Below, piece after piece: positions 1-12,825 of a DNA stretch of 63,574 bases. Made by a program: the position numbers and the translations under genes. Position 1 is the first letter of the stretch, and each line of letters begins with the position of its first letter. The stretch comes from Octopus bimaculoides (taxonomy: Eukaryota): assembly GCF_001194135.2 (NCBI RefSeq), contig NC_069001.1:32032912-32096485 (forward strand), in the 5' to 3' direction. The notes beneath the pieces are model-generated. The model did no database searches. It had not been told where the DNA came from and was given only the letters and a program-made list of their open reading frames with translations.

Positions 1-674
1 TTTTTTTTTTTTTTTTTTTTTTTTTTTTCCTTCCTTCCCCCTCCCAAAAAGAAAAGCTCTACATTGTATTTGTCCCATCTTCGTTGAGCCCTGTGTGGCT
101 AATAAAAGAAATGTATCTATCTATATGTCTGTCTGTCTCTCTATCAATCTATCTATCTATATGTATTTCTGTCTATCAATCTATCTATCTCCTTATCTAT
201 CTATCTATCTTTTTTAAATATATATCTTTTACCATTTACTTGTTTCAATCATAAGATTGCAGTCATGCTGGCGCACCACATTGAAGAATATTTAGTCAAA
301 AGAACTGACTCTAGTACTTGATTTTTGTTTGTAAGCTTGGTAGTTATTTTTTCAGTTTGTTTCACCAAACCACTAAGTTACAGGCAAGTAACTTGTTGCT
401 AGCCAGGAGATAAATCCATGCTACCTCCAGCACTGAGATCACTAGATCACGTGATTTCAACCTTATTTAGCCTTGTCCATGATGGACACTTGATTGCTAG
501 AGGGAGCAGAGATTCAAGAACACAACACACTGTCTGACCCAGGAATCGAAATCACTATCTTAAGATCATGAATGCAACACTCTAACTACTAAGCCATGCT
601 CCTTCTTCACACATTTATATAGACGCAAAAACATAAAACTGGATATTTTAATGCTATTTGCCCAATTCCTAATA

Positions 675-879
675 TGGCAAGCTGGCAGAGTCATTAGCAT
701 ACGGGGAAAAATGCTCAGCTGCATTTCATCCATCCTTATGTTGTAAGTTCAAATTCCACTGAGGTCAACTTTGCCTTTCATCCTTTTGGGGTCCATAAAA
801 TAAGCACCAAACCAGAGTTGAAATAACTGACTTAACCCTGCCCCCAAAATTGCTGGCCTTGTGCCAACATTTGAAACCA
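675..879 (+). mobile_element. SINE family A (ctggcagaa..gaaatgct..gagttcaaattcc..gactttgcctttcatcctt); other copies about 11140-11316(-), 31787-31990(+), 35790-35975(+), 37605-37776(-), 52928-53133(+), 56655-56860(-)
   Basis: Same ~200-bp sequence recurs at many places in the window in both orientations. Confidence 0.8.
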
Positions 880-1739
880 TTTACACAGTTCCTGAAAAAA
901 TTATGGGATGGTCATGGCTGGAATACCTCTGAATGTAAGTCTACTGTATCAGGCTGACCTGGAACTAGATATCAGCAATAAAGATTTTCACAAATATATT
1001 TTAACCTTGAGCTGTAGGAGGGAGTGTTTCCAAGGAGTATATATTCCCCACCTGGACAGGACACTGGTCCATCGCACACAACATGTTGCCTGATCCAGGA
1101 ATTGAAACCATGACCTTATGATCATGAGTCCAATACCCCTAATCACTAAGCCATGTGCCTCCACAGTAAAGTTTTCCTTCTCAAGTCATGTCGACTCTCA
1201 AGGATCAGTTTCCCAGTTTCGTGGCATATATAATATTCCCCACCTGAACAGGACACTGGTCCATCGCAGGGTTACTCATTTTTGCTAGCTGAATGGACTG
1301 AAGTAACATAAAATGAAGCACCATATTTTAATGTGCATAAGGAACCCCCTAATTTTGGGGGCTTAAAATTTGGAATAAAGGTTTTGTAAGGGATTATAAT
1401 ACTATCCATGTATAAGAAACTCCTGTATTTTTTAACCTAGTTTTTGACAAAAAAAGGGTTCCTTATACATGTTGAAATATAGTATTTTGCTCAAGAACAC
1501 AACACATTGTGTGGTCCAAGAATCAAAACCACAATCTTACAATCATGAGTCCAACACCCAAACCACAAAACCCCGTGCCTCCACAAAGCAGACATTGGAG
1601 CATGATGAAGTCCTAGGACCCATTGGATCCTGTCAAACCATCTGATCAATGCCAGCATGGAAAATGGATGTTAAATAACAATGATGATGGTGATGAATGA
1701 TCACAAAATCTCTTTTAAACCTGACCCAAAAATTATCAG

Positions 1740-1917
1740 GTTCCACATAAATGTCCAAAACCAATATTTTGAAAATGTTCTCATTCAGGCCACCAGTGCT
1801 GACTACCATCTCACTATGGAAGACCAAGCCTCAGAAGAGTGGGAGGTGGCTAGCTACAAGTCCGAGAGTGATAGCTACTTGCTTCTGTCTTTGAATGTTC
1901 CAGAAAATGGTTACAAG
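1740..1917 (+). CDS. C3: C3-like exon (MG4/MG5): FHINVQNQYFENVLIQATSADYHLTMEDQASEEWEVASYKSESDSYLLLSLNVPENGYK
   Basis: ttatcAG acceptor, GTAAGT donor, phase 2->0; aligns by eye with C3 'KLSINT...YLHLSV'. Confidence 0.85.
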
Positions 1918-3181
1918 GTAAGTGTTAGTTATTCTTGTGACTCTACGCCTGCCATCAATGTTGTAACTTTGCCTGGAAGATTATGATTGTGTCTCTCTTT
2001 TATTTTTTTTTTGTTTTTTTGTTTTTGTTTTTATATCTCTTACTGGATTTAGTCCTTGGATTGTGGCCATGCTGGGGCACTGCTTTGAAAAGATTTTAGT
2101 TGAACAAATTGATTCCTAGTAATTATTTTTCAGGCCTAGTATTTATTCTGTTGGTTCCTTTTTTGCCAAAATGCTAATTTACAGGAATGTAAACAAACCA
2201 TCACTGGTTGTCAAGAAGTCAGGTGCAGGACAAACACAAGACACAAACACACATACGACAGGCTTCCACACAGTTTCCATGTACTAAATTCACCCTCAAG
2301 ACATTAGTCATCATGGAGCTAGAGATGAAGACACTTGCCCAAGGCGCTGCACAGTGAGATTGAACCCAAATCCATGTGGTTGCAAAGCAAGCTTCTCAAC
2401 CACTTTTTTCATTTATATTCATTGACACAGACATGGTTGTGCAGTTTAGTGACTGTAGGATTGACGAGAAGTTTTGAAGTTTGTGCCACAGAGTAATCAT
2501 AGTCAGAAGATTCTAACTGGTATTGCTGTTTAGCCCCAGGTCAATGCTGATCATACAGACCCGTGATCAATGGCATCCCAGCCATGACCATCCCTACTTC
2601 TTTTCTTATATGCGAAGAACCTAGGACCACATGTCGCTTTTGCAAATGTGACCTTTGCTAAAATGATGGGGTGTGAATCAGTAAACACCATCGTCATTGT
2701 TTAATGTCTCCATGGTGGCATGGGTTGGATAGCTTGACAGAGTGCTGGCTCACAGGGAGCTGTTTGGACTTCAACTGTCTGTTGTGGCATGGTTTCTATG
2801 GCTGGATGCCCTTCCTAACACCAACCACTTAAGAGCATGCTGGGTGTTTTTTACATGTCACCATCACGAGTGCAGTTACACGACATTGGCATGGGTGTGT
2901 TAACACAGCACTGACACAGGGGCTTCTTAAGGGCCACCAGCACCTGAAAGAACAAGCTTCTATGTGTGGAAGACAGCGATTTTACTTAGATCATTGGCTG
3001 CAAATTCTAAGGTCAACATTGCCTTTTATCTTTTGGGGAGAGTTAACAAAACAAACACCAGCTTTGCACTGGAGTCAATGTAATCAATTATCCCCCTTCT
3101 GCAAAATTTCAGGCCTTGTGCCTATAGAAGAAAGGATTATTATTATCATTTGTATCATAATTAAAATTTTGTTCATTAAAG

Positions 3182-3250
3182 GTTGGTGATGATATAACGA
3201 TGAAAGTTGTAACCTCAAGAAAATCATTCAAGACCCCACTTCATTTCATG
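3182..3250 (+). CDS. C3: C3-like exon (MG5): VGDDITMKVVTSRKSFKTPLHFM
   Basis: aaAG / GTAAGA, 69 nt, phase 0->0; equivalent to C3 'PGETLNVNF...YTYL'. Confidence 0.85.
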
Positions 3251-4411
3251 GTAAGAAGTTCTACCTTTTTAGTTTCTCCTTACTTTTAAACATTTAGCAT
3301 TCACATTATCCTGTCCAATGTAATACTTATTTATTCACATTGCTTTGAATTAATCATCTGTTACCCAGTAGCTTTGAGATTTTGGTGAGGTAACTGTTAA
3401 TTTTTAGATGGGGAATGCCAAAAAAATATAGATGGGAAATGCAAAAAAAGAAAATGTTTTCAAAGCAGTCGATATTTTTGTAGTTCAAAAATTGCGATTT
3501 ATGACATAAAATGTCCTCTAGAATTCTCTAAAATGAGAACCTTTACTAAATATTGTTAAATATACACATTTCTGCAGTGCAATGTTCATAAGCAATTCAC
3601 TTCAAACACAATGGACAACTGGCAGTGAGACTGTTTTTAGCAGATCCCCAAATCAGGCTCATGGCAGGCAATAGGTTAAAACATTCCATCAAAATTTCCA
3701 AACACTAACTTAATTCTGTCAAAGTAATTTTACTACATTCTTCATTGCTTTGAAATTAATTTAAACAAAGGCAGTGAATTCCAACAGAAATATGGTAACA
3801 AAAGAGTTAATATTTCAAATGGGTACACTTGGGATAATATTTACTTTTATGCTCCTTTCTATACTATCTTCTTTTTTTTTTTTTTTTCAAAATTAATTAA
3901 AAGAAAAGACAGAAATATGAGAAATAAATGAGTTAAGTAGGAGTTAGTAAGTGGATCCTACATTTGAACCAGACGACTGGTTCCCTGCCTACCAACTTGG
4001 AAGCTTAACTCTTTTAATTCTGATCCACCTGAAATTACCCCTCGTTCTAAGATACAAACTTCCTGTCTTAAACTGATCTAAATTAAAACACTCCATCAAA
4101 ATTTCCAAACACCAACTTAATTCTGTCAAAGTAATTCCACACATTCTTCATTGTTTTAAAATTAATTGAAACAAAGGCAGTGAATTCCAACAGAAATATG
4201 GTAACAAAAGAGTTAATATTTCAAATGGGTACACTTGGGATAATATTTACTTTTATGCTCCTTTCTTTATTATAAATCCCCCGCCATCCCCGATGATATG
4301 AAGAAATTAAACTTATTTATCTTCAGCAGTGAAATCTTATTTTGCTAAAACTCAAGAATATTTAATTTGTCACTGATGTATTTCTTTTTGTTTTTCTTTT
4401 CCCTCCTGCAG

Positions 4412-4600
4412 CTTATTGGAAATGGCAAAATCTTGAAACACTACACAATACCTTATCGGAAATCTTACTGGGCAAGTTACTTTTCTGTCACTAAAGACAT
4501 GATTCCTATCGGAAGGGTTATTGTCTACTATATGAGAAACCATGAAATTGTTGCTGACTCTAGAGCATTTTCTGTGCAAGATGCTTGTAAAGGACGAGAG
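4412..4600 (+). CDS. C3: C3-like exon (MG5): LIGNGKILKH...DMIPIGRVIVYYMRNHEIVADSRAFSVQDACKGRE
   Basis: cctcctgcAG / GTTAGT, 189 nt, phase 0->0; 'EIVADS..V.D.C' motif. Confidence 0.93.
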
Positions 4601-5345
4601 GTTAGTCAAGACACTTCCTATTTATTAACATCAGGTGGTTTGTTTATTCAGTCTAATCAATCATTTCATTTACTCATCTATTCATTTTACATCCATTTTT
4701 TCCATGCTAACATGAGTTAGATGAAAGGCCAAAATATATCTGATGCTCACACTGGCCACTGCTGCAACAGATTTTCATCTCTTTCTCATATTTATTGGGC
4801 TTTTAACATAGCAAGTTCATAAGGGATGTTATCTCAGAACAGATACTGCAGTAACTGACCTATCAACAATGCATATACATTAAGTATGATATGTATATGA
4901 CTTTTTGATTATATTATTTTGGCACTGTTCTACTTTTATGTTTTATCAGGTAATTAGAGTAGACGGATTACAACTTTCTTTGACATGGACCCACTCCTTA
5001 TTGACAAGTAAAATTTGACAATGTCATTGTGTTATGTCATATTTAAATATAAAGTTTGACTGTGTAATATGTGTGTGTATATATATATATATATATATGT
5101 CGTGCTTGAGAAGAAGATCCATCAAGCCAAACAAAATTGCAGTTGTGGCAAATACAGGTGTCATGCAAATTACACTCTCGGGGTGGTTGGCATTAGGAAG
5201 GGCATCCAGCTGTAGAAAACCATGCTAAATCAGACTGTATCTTGGAGCAGCCTTCCAGTGTGACAGCCCAGTTAAACCGTCCAACCCATACCAGCATGGA
5301 CAACAGAAGTTAAATGATAATGATGATGATGATGATGATTTACAT

Positions 5346-5398
<53 letters not shown>

Positions 5399-5557
5399 CA
5401 TGTGCATATCTATATATATGTACATGTATGAGCATGATGAATGTAATGAATGTATATATATATATGAAATTGTTGATGTGTTCATACATGCGTGTATGTC
5501 TGTGCATGTGTTTATGTTATTTTCCATTCATCTGCTGTTCAATAATTGACATTGCAG

Positions 5558-5713
5558 TTGAAACTTTCGACAACTTCAAAAGCTAAATACTATCATCCTT
5601 TAACAAACGTTGAGATGGAAGTGAGGGGAGATCCTGGTGCCTATGTGGCACTTTCTGCTGTCGACAATGCTGTATATCTTCTTAATGATAAGAACAGAAT
5701 CACACAAAAATAT
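5558..5713 (+). CDS. C3: C3-like exon (MG6/LNK): LKLSTTSKAKYYHP...GDPGAYVALSAVDNAVYLLNDKNRITQKY
   Basis: ttgcAG / GTAAGT, 156 nt, phase 0->0; 'V.L.AVD.AVY.LN' motif. Confidence 0.95.
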
Positions 5714-5970
5714 GTAAGTACCCCCTTATTTCTAATGTTTAAATATGGAGATTCATGTGCATCTTCATATAAAGCATCTGCTTTATAAAGTAACCTACTT
5801 GAATTATTTCCTTGCTAGAACAATCATATCCTTACTAGAAGAATCATACATACATACATATAAACCCTTTTGATCCCAAACTGACCCAGTATGTATGTGT
5901 GTGTGTGTGTATCGTTCCAATACACCATGATGTCTGAAGCCTTTGAAATTTTTAAACTTCATGTAAAACC

Positions 5971-6011
<41 letters not shown>

Positions 6012-6439
6012 CATTATTATTATTATACTTTCTTAACTTTCCTGTACTTTCTGTTCTGCATTCACCATGATAGATCGCTAACCACTACACACAATTTTTT
6101 TTCTCTCCTTGTTTCTTTCTGTGGAAGAGCATAGGCTTGAAACATTAAAGACTTTTTCAATTCCCGAGCGTTATACTAATACATCTGTTTGTTTTCTACA
6201 CCACCTGTCTTCATCTGTTGTTTTTTTGTGAATTCTCCCTATATATATATATTTATTTATTTCTCAGAAATTGAATAAAGTCTGTAATAATCATCTTATT
6301 CATGCATTTCTGTCCTATGAAATTTTCTACTCAAGTTCTCTTTCTTCGATCAACCAACATACATCTCCCTGAATATTAACTGTGACTTTTAAAGAAAAAC
6401 TCAGCAATCAAAATAATTGATCAATCAATTCCATTTCAG

Positions 6440-6514
6440 GTCAAAGAAATGATGAAACTCTCCAATGTTGGCTGTTCACCTGGAGGTGGTCTAAACGCAG
6501 GACAAGTTTTTTAC
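6440..6514 (+). CDS. C3: C3-like exon (LNK): VKEMMKLSNVGCSPGGGLNAGQVFY
   Basis: catttcAG / GTGAGT, 75 nt, phase 0->0; 'GC.PGGG....VF' motif. Confidence 0.95.
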
Positions 6515-7654
6515 GTGAGTTCATAAATACCTTGTTATTGTTGTTGCTCAACAAAAGTACTCCAGTCATGGCCATTCCTGTTTCTTTTGTTGTTGTTTTT
6601 CCCAGACGTATCTGTAAAGTGGGTAGCCAAGTGGTCAGGGTATTACATTCACAATAGCATGATTGTAGGTTTGATTTTCATACCAGAGGTGTGTTGTGTT
6701 CTTGAGCAAAACACTTCACTCCATTTTTCCCCAGTCCACTTAGCTGTAAACAGGTAACCCTGTGATGGGATGGTATTCTACTCAGAGTGAATGTTGGCCT
6801 GACTGACCTGCAGGGTAGCATCATTTGAAAGCTACAACATTGCAAGAAAGCACATTGTAACCAGTGGTGTATAACAACATTGGATAGTCTGGTCGATAGT
6901 GTGGTATACAATGACGATTTATCAAGTGCCAGCCCCATGTAGAAAGCACCCGTGCAGATGCCATGTAAAAAGCATCTGTGCTGGCATCACGTAAAAGCAC
7001 CCAGGACACTCTGCAAAGTGGCTGATGTTAGGAAGGGTATCCAGCTGCAGACACCATGCCAAAACAGACAATTGAGCCCTGGTACAGCTTGCCAGCTCCT
7101 GTCATACTGTCTAACCCATGTCAGCATGAAAAACAGATGTTAAAGGATGATTATGATGACTATACTATTCAATGTATCCTTCCTTTTTTGTTTTTTGGCT
7201 TTGTTTTCTAACAGGTCAAGCAACCACAAGAAGCTCTCTCAATATTTCATTAATGTCTTGTTTGTTTTGTTGTGAGGTGGGGTGGGGTGCTTCCCTGTCC
7301 CCCCCCCCTCTCTCATAGCCATTTGGTTAAGAAGTTCATTCCATACTGTGGATAAGTGTCTTCTTCTACAGTCCAGGACTGTGAAGGCATGTGAGAGAAG
7401 GAAACTGCAGGAAGCCTGTTGTATGAAATACATCAGCAATCTTTGCCTGCAGAGCTACTCTTGAAGATTCCAACAAAAATTTGAAGCATGCACATGTAAC
7501 TGCTTCCTTTCTGTTCTGTCCACAGACATATTACATTGACATGTACTGTGTTCATTCACCATAAGACACAGTATTGGCTAATAAATCTATAAATATAATA
7601 AATTGTATAGTATCAGTACTATAGAATAGATGGCTAGAATACTGTACTATAGAG

Positions 7655-8003
7655 GGTTGAAGGGTAAAGACCCCCTTCGGTCATGAATGACCATGGGATT
7701 GCACCTCGAAAGTTCCCCTCTAAGACACAAGTCTAGGCAAGGTTGTTTACAGAAGACCAGTAGTCACCCATGCATACCAACCTTCTCTCTCCATGCCATT
7801 GATGTTATCCAAGGGAAAGGCAAAGACTGCTACAGCTTGGCACCAGTGATGTCACAACTCATTTCTACAGGGGAGTGAAATGGAGCAATGTGAAATAAAG
7901 TGTCTTGCTCACGCAAAACAACACACAGCCTGGTCCGGGAATCAAACTCACTACCTCATGACTGTGAGCCTGAAGCTCTAACCACTGAGCCATGTGCCTT
8001 CAT
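7655..8003 (-). mobile_element. tRNA-head SINE family D; another copy at about 20108-20452(+)
   Basis: The two copies align over about 340 bp in opposite orientation; tRNA-like head ggctcagtggttagagc..gagtttgattcc. Confidence 0.8.
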
Positions 8004-8825
8004 TGTACTATAGAATATGTTTATATATTCCGTCTTGGAACTCATGGAAGGGACAGACCCAGGAAGTCATGAGACAAAGTACTGATGGAGGACCTCAGGA
8101 CACTGAGTTTTACAGAGGAGATGACAAAGGACCAAGATATTTGGCACCTTGCTGCACTCAAGAAGACTCGTCCTCCTCAACAGAATAGTTAATGCTGCTT
8201 CTCCTACTGAAGGGGATTGGCCTACACGGCCCTTGTGCTGGTGCCACGTAAAAGCACCTGGTGCTGGTGCCACATAAAAAGCTCCATGTGATAGCACCTG
8301 TGCTGGCACTACATAGGTGCCTGTGATGGTGCCATGTAAAAAGCACCCAGTACTGTAAAGTGGTTAGCATCAGAAAGGGTACACAGCTGTGGAAACCAAT
8401 CAAAATCACGCTGGAACCTGGTACATCTCTCCAGCATCCCAACTCTGGTCAAACTGTCCAACCCATGCTAGCATGGAAAACAAATGTTAAATGATGATAA
8501 TGATGATGATATATGTGTGTCTGTGTGTATATATATATATATATGTATGGTGGGCTTCTTTCAGTTTCCACCTACCAAATCCACTCAAGACTTTGATCAA
8601 CCTGTGGCTGTAGTAGAAGACAGTTGCCCAAGGTACCATGCAATGGGACTGAACCCACAACCATGTGGTTCAGAAACAAACTTCTTAACTATACAGTCAT
8701 GCCTGTATACATTGTTTTACATTAACTCAAATATATTTGATTCTGATTGAATTTGTATAAGGTTTATATTCATTTAAAACTGAAAATTCATATTTTTAAT
8801 TATCTAATTATTTATTTATTTCTAG

Positions 8826-8948
8826 GATTCAGGTTTCAATATTATGACTAAAGGTTTGCCTGCAACACCAAAACCAGAACGTATAAATATGCTTTGTGCC
8901 TTGAAAAAAATTCCCAAAGAACCGGTTTTAAAACGAACCAAAAGATCA
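8826..8948 (+). CDS. C3: C3-like exon (LNK to beta/alpha junction), 3' end lost in N gap: DSGFNIMTKGLPATPKPERINMLCALKKIPKEPVLKRTKRS
   Basis: tttctAG acceptor; 'DSG' matches C3 'DAGL', with conserved Cys and RTKR furin motif; runs into gap 8949-9229. Confidence 0.85.
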
Positions 8949-9805
8949 NNNNNNNNNNNNNNNNNNNNNNNNNNNNNNNNNNNNNNNNNNNNNNNNNNNN
9001 NNNNNNNNNNNNNNNNNNNNNNNNNNNNNNNNNNNNNNNNNNNNNNNNNNNNNNNNNNNNNNNNNNNNNNNNNNNNNNNNNNNNNNNNNNNNNNNNNNNN
9101 NNNNNNNNNNNNNNNNNNNNNNNNNNNNNNNNNNNNNNNNNNNNNNNNNNNNNNNNNNNNNNNNNNNNNNNNNNNNNNNNNNNNNNNNNNNNNNNNNNNN
9201 NNNNNNNNNNNNNNNNNNNNNNNNNNNNNGTAACGGCAGACAAAATACCACTAAGCATTTCACCTGATGTGCTAGCAATTCTGCCAGCTCGCTGTCTTGA
9301 ATATTGTACGCATCATTCTTTCAGCCTCTTTTAAGCCCTTTAAAATTTGAAACAATAAAATCAGCATTTTTTAACTCTAAAGCAAAAAAAAAAAAAAAAT
9401 GGGGGGGGGTCTAAAGCTCTTAAAAAGGCCCAAAAAGCCGATTCTATAGTTTTGGTATTTTTTTAACCTTTAGTGTTTAAACCAGAAAAATTTTAGAAAA
9501 ATAATTAAATCACGTTAGCGAATTCTCTAATTCAGATGATGAAATGATTGCAGAAAAGCATCAAATGAAGTGCTTTGCTCAAGAGCACAACACAACACTT
9601 GGTCTGGGAATTGAAACCACGAGCTTGCAATCGTGGCTGCAACACCCTAACCACTAAGCCATGTACCTTCAATGAAAACACACACGCAGATATACATATA
9701 TATATATACATACAAATGTATATAAATAACAGGTTTTTGCACACTTTCATCTATATTGCATTTTATCATTTTGATATATTTGATTTTTTTATTGGACTGT
9801 ACCAG

Positions 9806-9967
9806 ACTTCTGCTGTATAACTGGGTCTCAGATGAAGGGAATCAACTGCACTGAAAGTTGGTTGAACTTCAGGTACCCAAACAAAGATCAAAACTGTCAG
9901 AGAGCCTTCCTTGATTGTTGTTTACCGAAGGCAACAATTGGACCGATAGTCATAGACAATGGAACTG
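9806..9967 (+). CDS. C3: C3-like exon (anaphylatoxin domain): DFCCITGSQMKGINCTESWLNFRYPNKDQNCQRAFLDCCLPKATIGPIVIDNGT
   Basis: gtaccAG / GTGAGT, phase 1->1; six-Cys CC-C-C-CC ANATO pattern, 'AFLDCC'. Confidence 0.93.
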
Positions 9968-10959
9968 GTGAGTAATTGTATTTATTCATTTGATTGACTG
10001 ATTGATTGATTGATTGTTTACCTTTTGTTTTGTCTCAGTCATCGAACTGCAGCCAAGCTGGGGCAATGCCTTGAAGGTAATTTTTGTCAAACGAGTTGAC
10101 CCAAGTACTGTTTTTTAAAGCCTCGTACTTATTCTATTGGTCTGTTTTGCTTGGCTGCTAAGTTACAGACTTTGGTCAGACCAGGGCTATGATAAGTGCT
10201 TATTTTTAAAGCCTGGTACTTATTCTATTGGTCTCTTTATCCGAACTGCTAAGTTACGGGGATGTAAACATGCAAACACCAACTGTCAAGTTGTGGTGGG
10301 TAAACACAGAACTAAAAACACACACACACACATTTATATATATATGATGGACTCTCCTGTCATTAGACGATGTATGAGGGTCAACAATTTCTTACTGAAC
10401 AACCACACAAATGATTTGTTTATAGTGATCAAATATTTGTGTAGACAGGTGCCACATGTCAGATGTTGAAATGACCGTAGAGCAATGTGAAATGAGGTGC
10501 TTTGCTCAAAAACACAATGCAATGCCCGGTATGGGAATCGAACCCATGATCTCACAATTGTGAGTACAACACCCTAACCACTAAGCCATGCGATGGGCTT
10601 CTTTCAATTTCAGTTTTCATCTCCCAAATCCATTCATGGGGCTTTGGTCAGCCATAAGTTATAGTTGAAAACACTTCCCCAAGGTGTAACGCAGTTGGGA
10701 AGCAAGCTTCTAATTATGGAAATTTTAATGGAAGATTTTAATTTGAATCACTTTAAAAGTGGAAGTTTTTATCATAAAACCAGGGGACAGCCTCAGATTG
10801 GTTGATATCAAAAGTGTTAAGGAATAATCTTACATAAGTTTATACAATAACAAATACATGAGACTTGCTTCTGTTGTTTTTTTTTTAAAGACAAATTTAT
10901 TAGACTCCCAAAATTTTATATTAGCTTACATGTTTCTCTGCTTCTAAATTTTATTTCAG

Positions 10960-11056
10960 ACCTCTTTAGAATTACAAAAGACCGAAAGGATCGCATAAAA
11001 ACTCTGCTGAGTGAATACTTTCCAGAATCTGAATTATTTACTCAATACCAACTAAA
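10960..11056 (+). CDS. C3: C3-like exon (alpha'NT): DLFRITKDRKDRIKTLLSEYFPESELFTQYQL
   Basis: ttatttcAG / GTAAGT, phase 1->2; FPES motif. Confidence 0.88.
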
Positions 11057-11326
11057 GTAAGTGGCAATATTCACCATCATCATCATCATCAACATCAAAC
11101 TGTTGCTGCTGATGGTGATGATGATGCTTATGATAACATTATTCTTTTCTACTCAAGGCGCAGGGCCCAAAATTTTGGGGGAGGGGGCCAGTTGATTAGA
11201 TCGACCCCAGTATGCAACTAGTACTTAATTTATCAATCCCGAAAGAATGAAAGGCAAAGTCGACCTCAGCGGAATTTGAACTCAGAACGTAAAGACAGAC
11301 GAAATACTGCTAAGCATGGTGGTGGT

Positions 11327-11346
11327 GGTGGTGGTGGTGGTGGTGA

Positions 11347-11393
<47 letters not shown>

Positions 11394-11425
11394 ATGGTGG
11401 TGGTGGTGGTGGTAGTGGAGGAGGA
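11327..11425. repeat. Compound trinucleotide microsatellite (GGT)n(AGT)n(GGT)n; (AT)n, (GT)n, (ATT)n and (GA)n tracts are abundant throughout the window
   Basis: Direct reading. Confidence 0.95.
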
Positions 11426-12229
11426 GGAACTCACCTCTTTACGATAACATTATTTAAACCCAGGTCAGCTTTGATAGAGCAAGCTTGTCTTCTTTTTTAT
11501 TTTCTTTTAGTCATTTCAATCCTTGAACTATGGCCATGCTGGGGCACTGCTTAGAAAGGTGTTAGTCGAACAAATTGACCACCACAGCCCTTGTGAGTCC
11601 GTAGAGCTCAAGAGGGATGCTTTAAAGTGTTGCACAGCAATAAATTCAGTTTTCAGTGCAATTATCTATAAAACCAGTGACTCAACAAAGGTTGAGATGA
11701 CTAGAAACCAACTGCACTTCAGGTTTTTTTGTTTTTTATATGAGTTTACCTTCTCCGAAAAGAAAGTTCTAATGGGAACAAGGGATCTGTCATTCCCAGT
11801 GGTCCATATGCAGGTTAAACTATAGCTGAGACCTTGACAGATGCCACTGTCAAAGTAAACCTGTCAAAGTAAACCTGGGAACAAATAGTGGCTAAGCAAT
11901 GGCTCCACACTCCTGAAAACTCTGGAACTCCCAAAACCAGGGCCCAATAACCAGATGCAATTTAAAATCATATCCAGGACATACATATATGCAACAGTTT
12001 CCATCAATGAAATTTAATTCACAGGGCAATTTAGACAACCTGAGGCTGTAGCAGAAAACACCAAATATTCCAAGCAGTAGGACCCAAACCTAGAACAACA
12101 AACTAATATGGTTTTGATACAAACTTCTTAACCACAAGACCAGATCCACAATTCCATTTTTTTAAAATTCATATTTGTTTTCCACCTCACCTCATCCTGT
12201 TATTATTATTATATATTTTTTACTTACAG

Positions 12230-12458
12230 CAAAAGTGGAGTTTATCGACTTAACTTCACTCTACCAGCCTCTGTGACCAGTTGGCACATTCAAGCAATGA
12301 GTGTCGCAGACAAAGTCCCGTTCTGTATGGCCAAACCGATCAATATTGTCACTTTCAAAAAGGTCATCACAAAAGTCAGCCTTCCTTATGTGGTGAAAAG
12401 ATTGGAACAGATCCTCGTTAAGGCTGTCGTATATAATTACAAGAAGGAGATGATTACT
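12230..12458 (+). CDS. C3: C3-like exon (MG6b/MG7): KSGVYRLNFTLPASVTSWHIQAMSV...SLPYVVKRLEQILVKAVVYNYKKEMIT
   Basis: acttacAG / GTAAGT, phase 2->0; 'LP.S.T.W' and 'LPY.V.R.EQ' motifs. Confidence 0.96.
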
Positions 12459-12825
12459 GTAAGTGTTTGTTTCAACATCGTTTTTTTTTTGTTTTGTTGT
12501 TTTTTGTGTATATGTGTGTGTGTGTGTGAGTCTATGTCTGTGTATGTGTGAAATATATATCTGTGTGTAACTANNNNNNNNNNTGTGTGCACATCTATGC
12601 GCATGTTTGTGTATGCTTGTGCAAGTGTTTGTGTGTATGTGTGTGATATGAAATGAATAATTTAATTTGTTTTATTTCTTTTTGTTTTGTTTGTTTTTAG
12701 GCTTACTTTAGGACAAATTATTTAACAGTCAAAAACAAATTGTACTTAGGCAAAACAATTTTGACTTAAAAAAAAATGTTCCAAACTTTTGGACACAACT
12801 GTATGTATCTATATCTTTATTGAAG

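Noticed and set aside
889-934. AG...GTAAGT-bounded segment / ORF 908-1093 (MVMAGIPLNV) as an upstream C3 exon
   Set aside because: No open frame ends in the phase 2 required by exon 1740, and atggtcatggctggaat is a recurrent repeat fragment (compare 51585-51600, reverse)
9320-9530. Odd homopolymer-rich sequence next to a gap
   Set aside because: Looks like low-quality read end (stuttered A/T/G runs); not interpreted biologically
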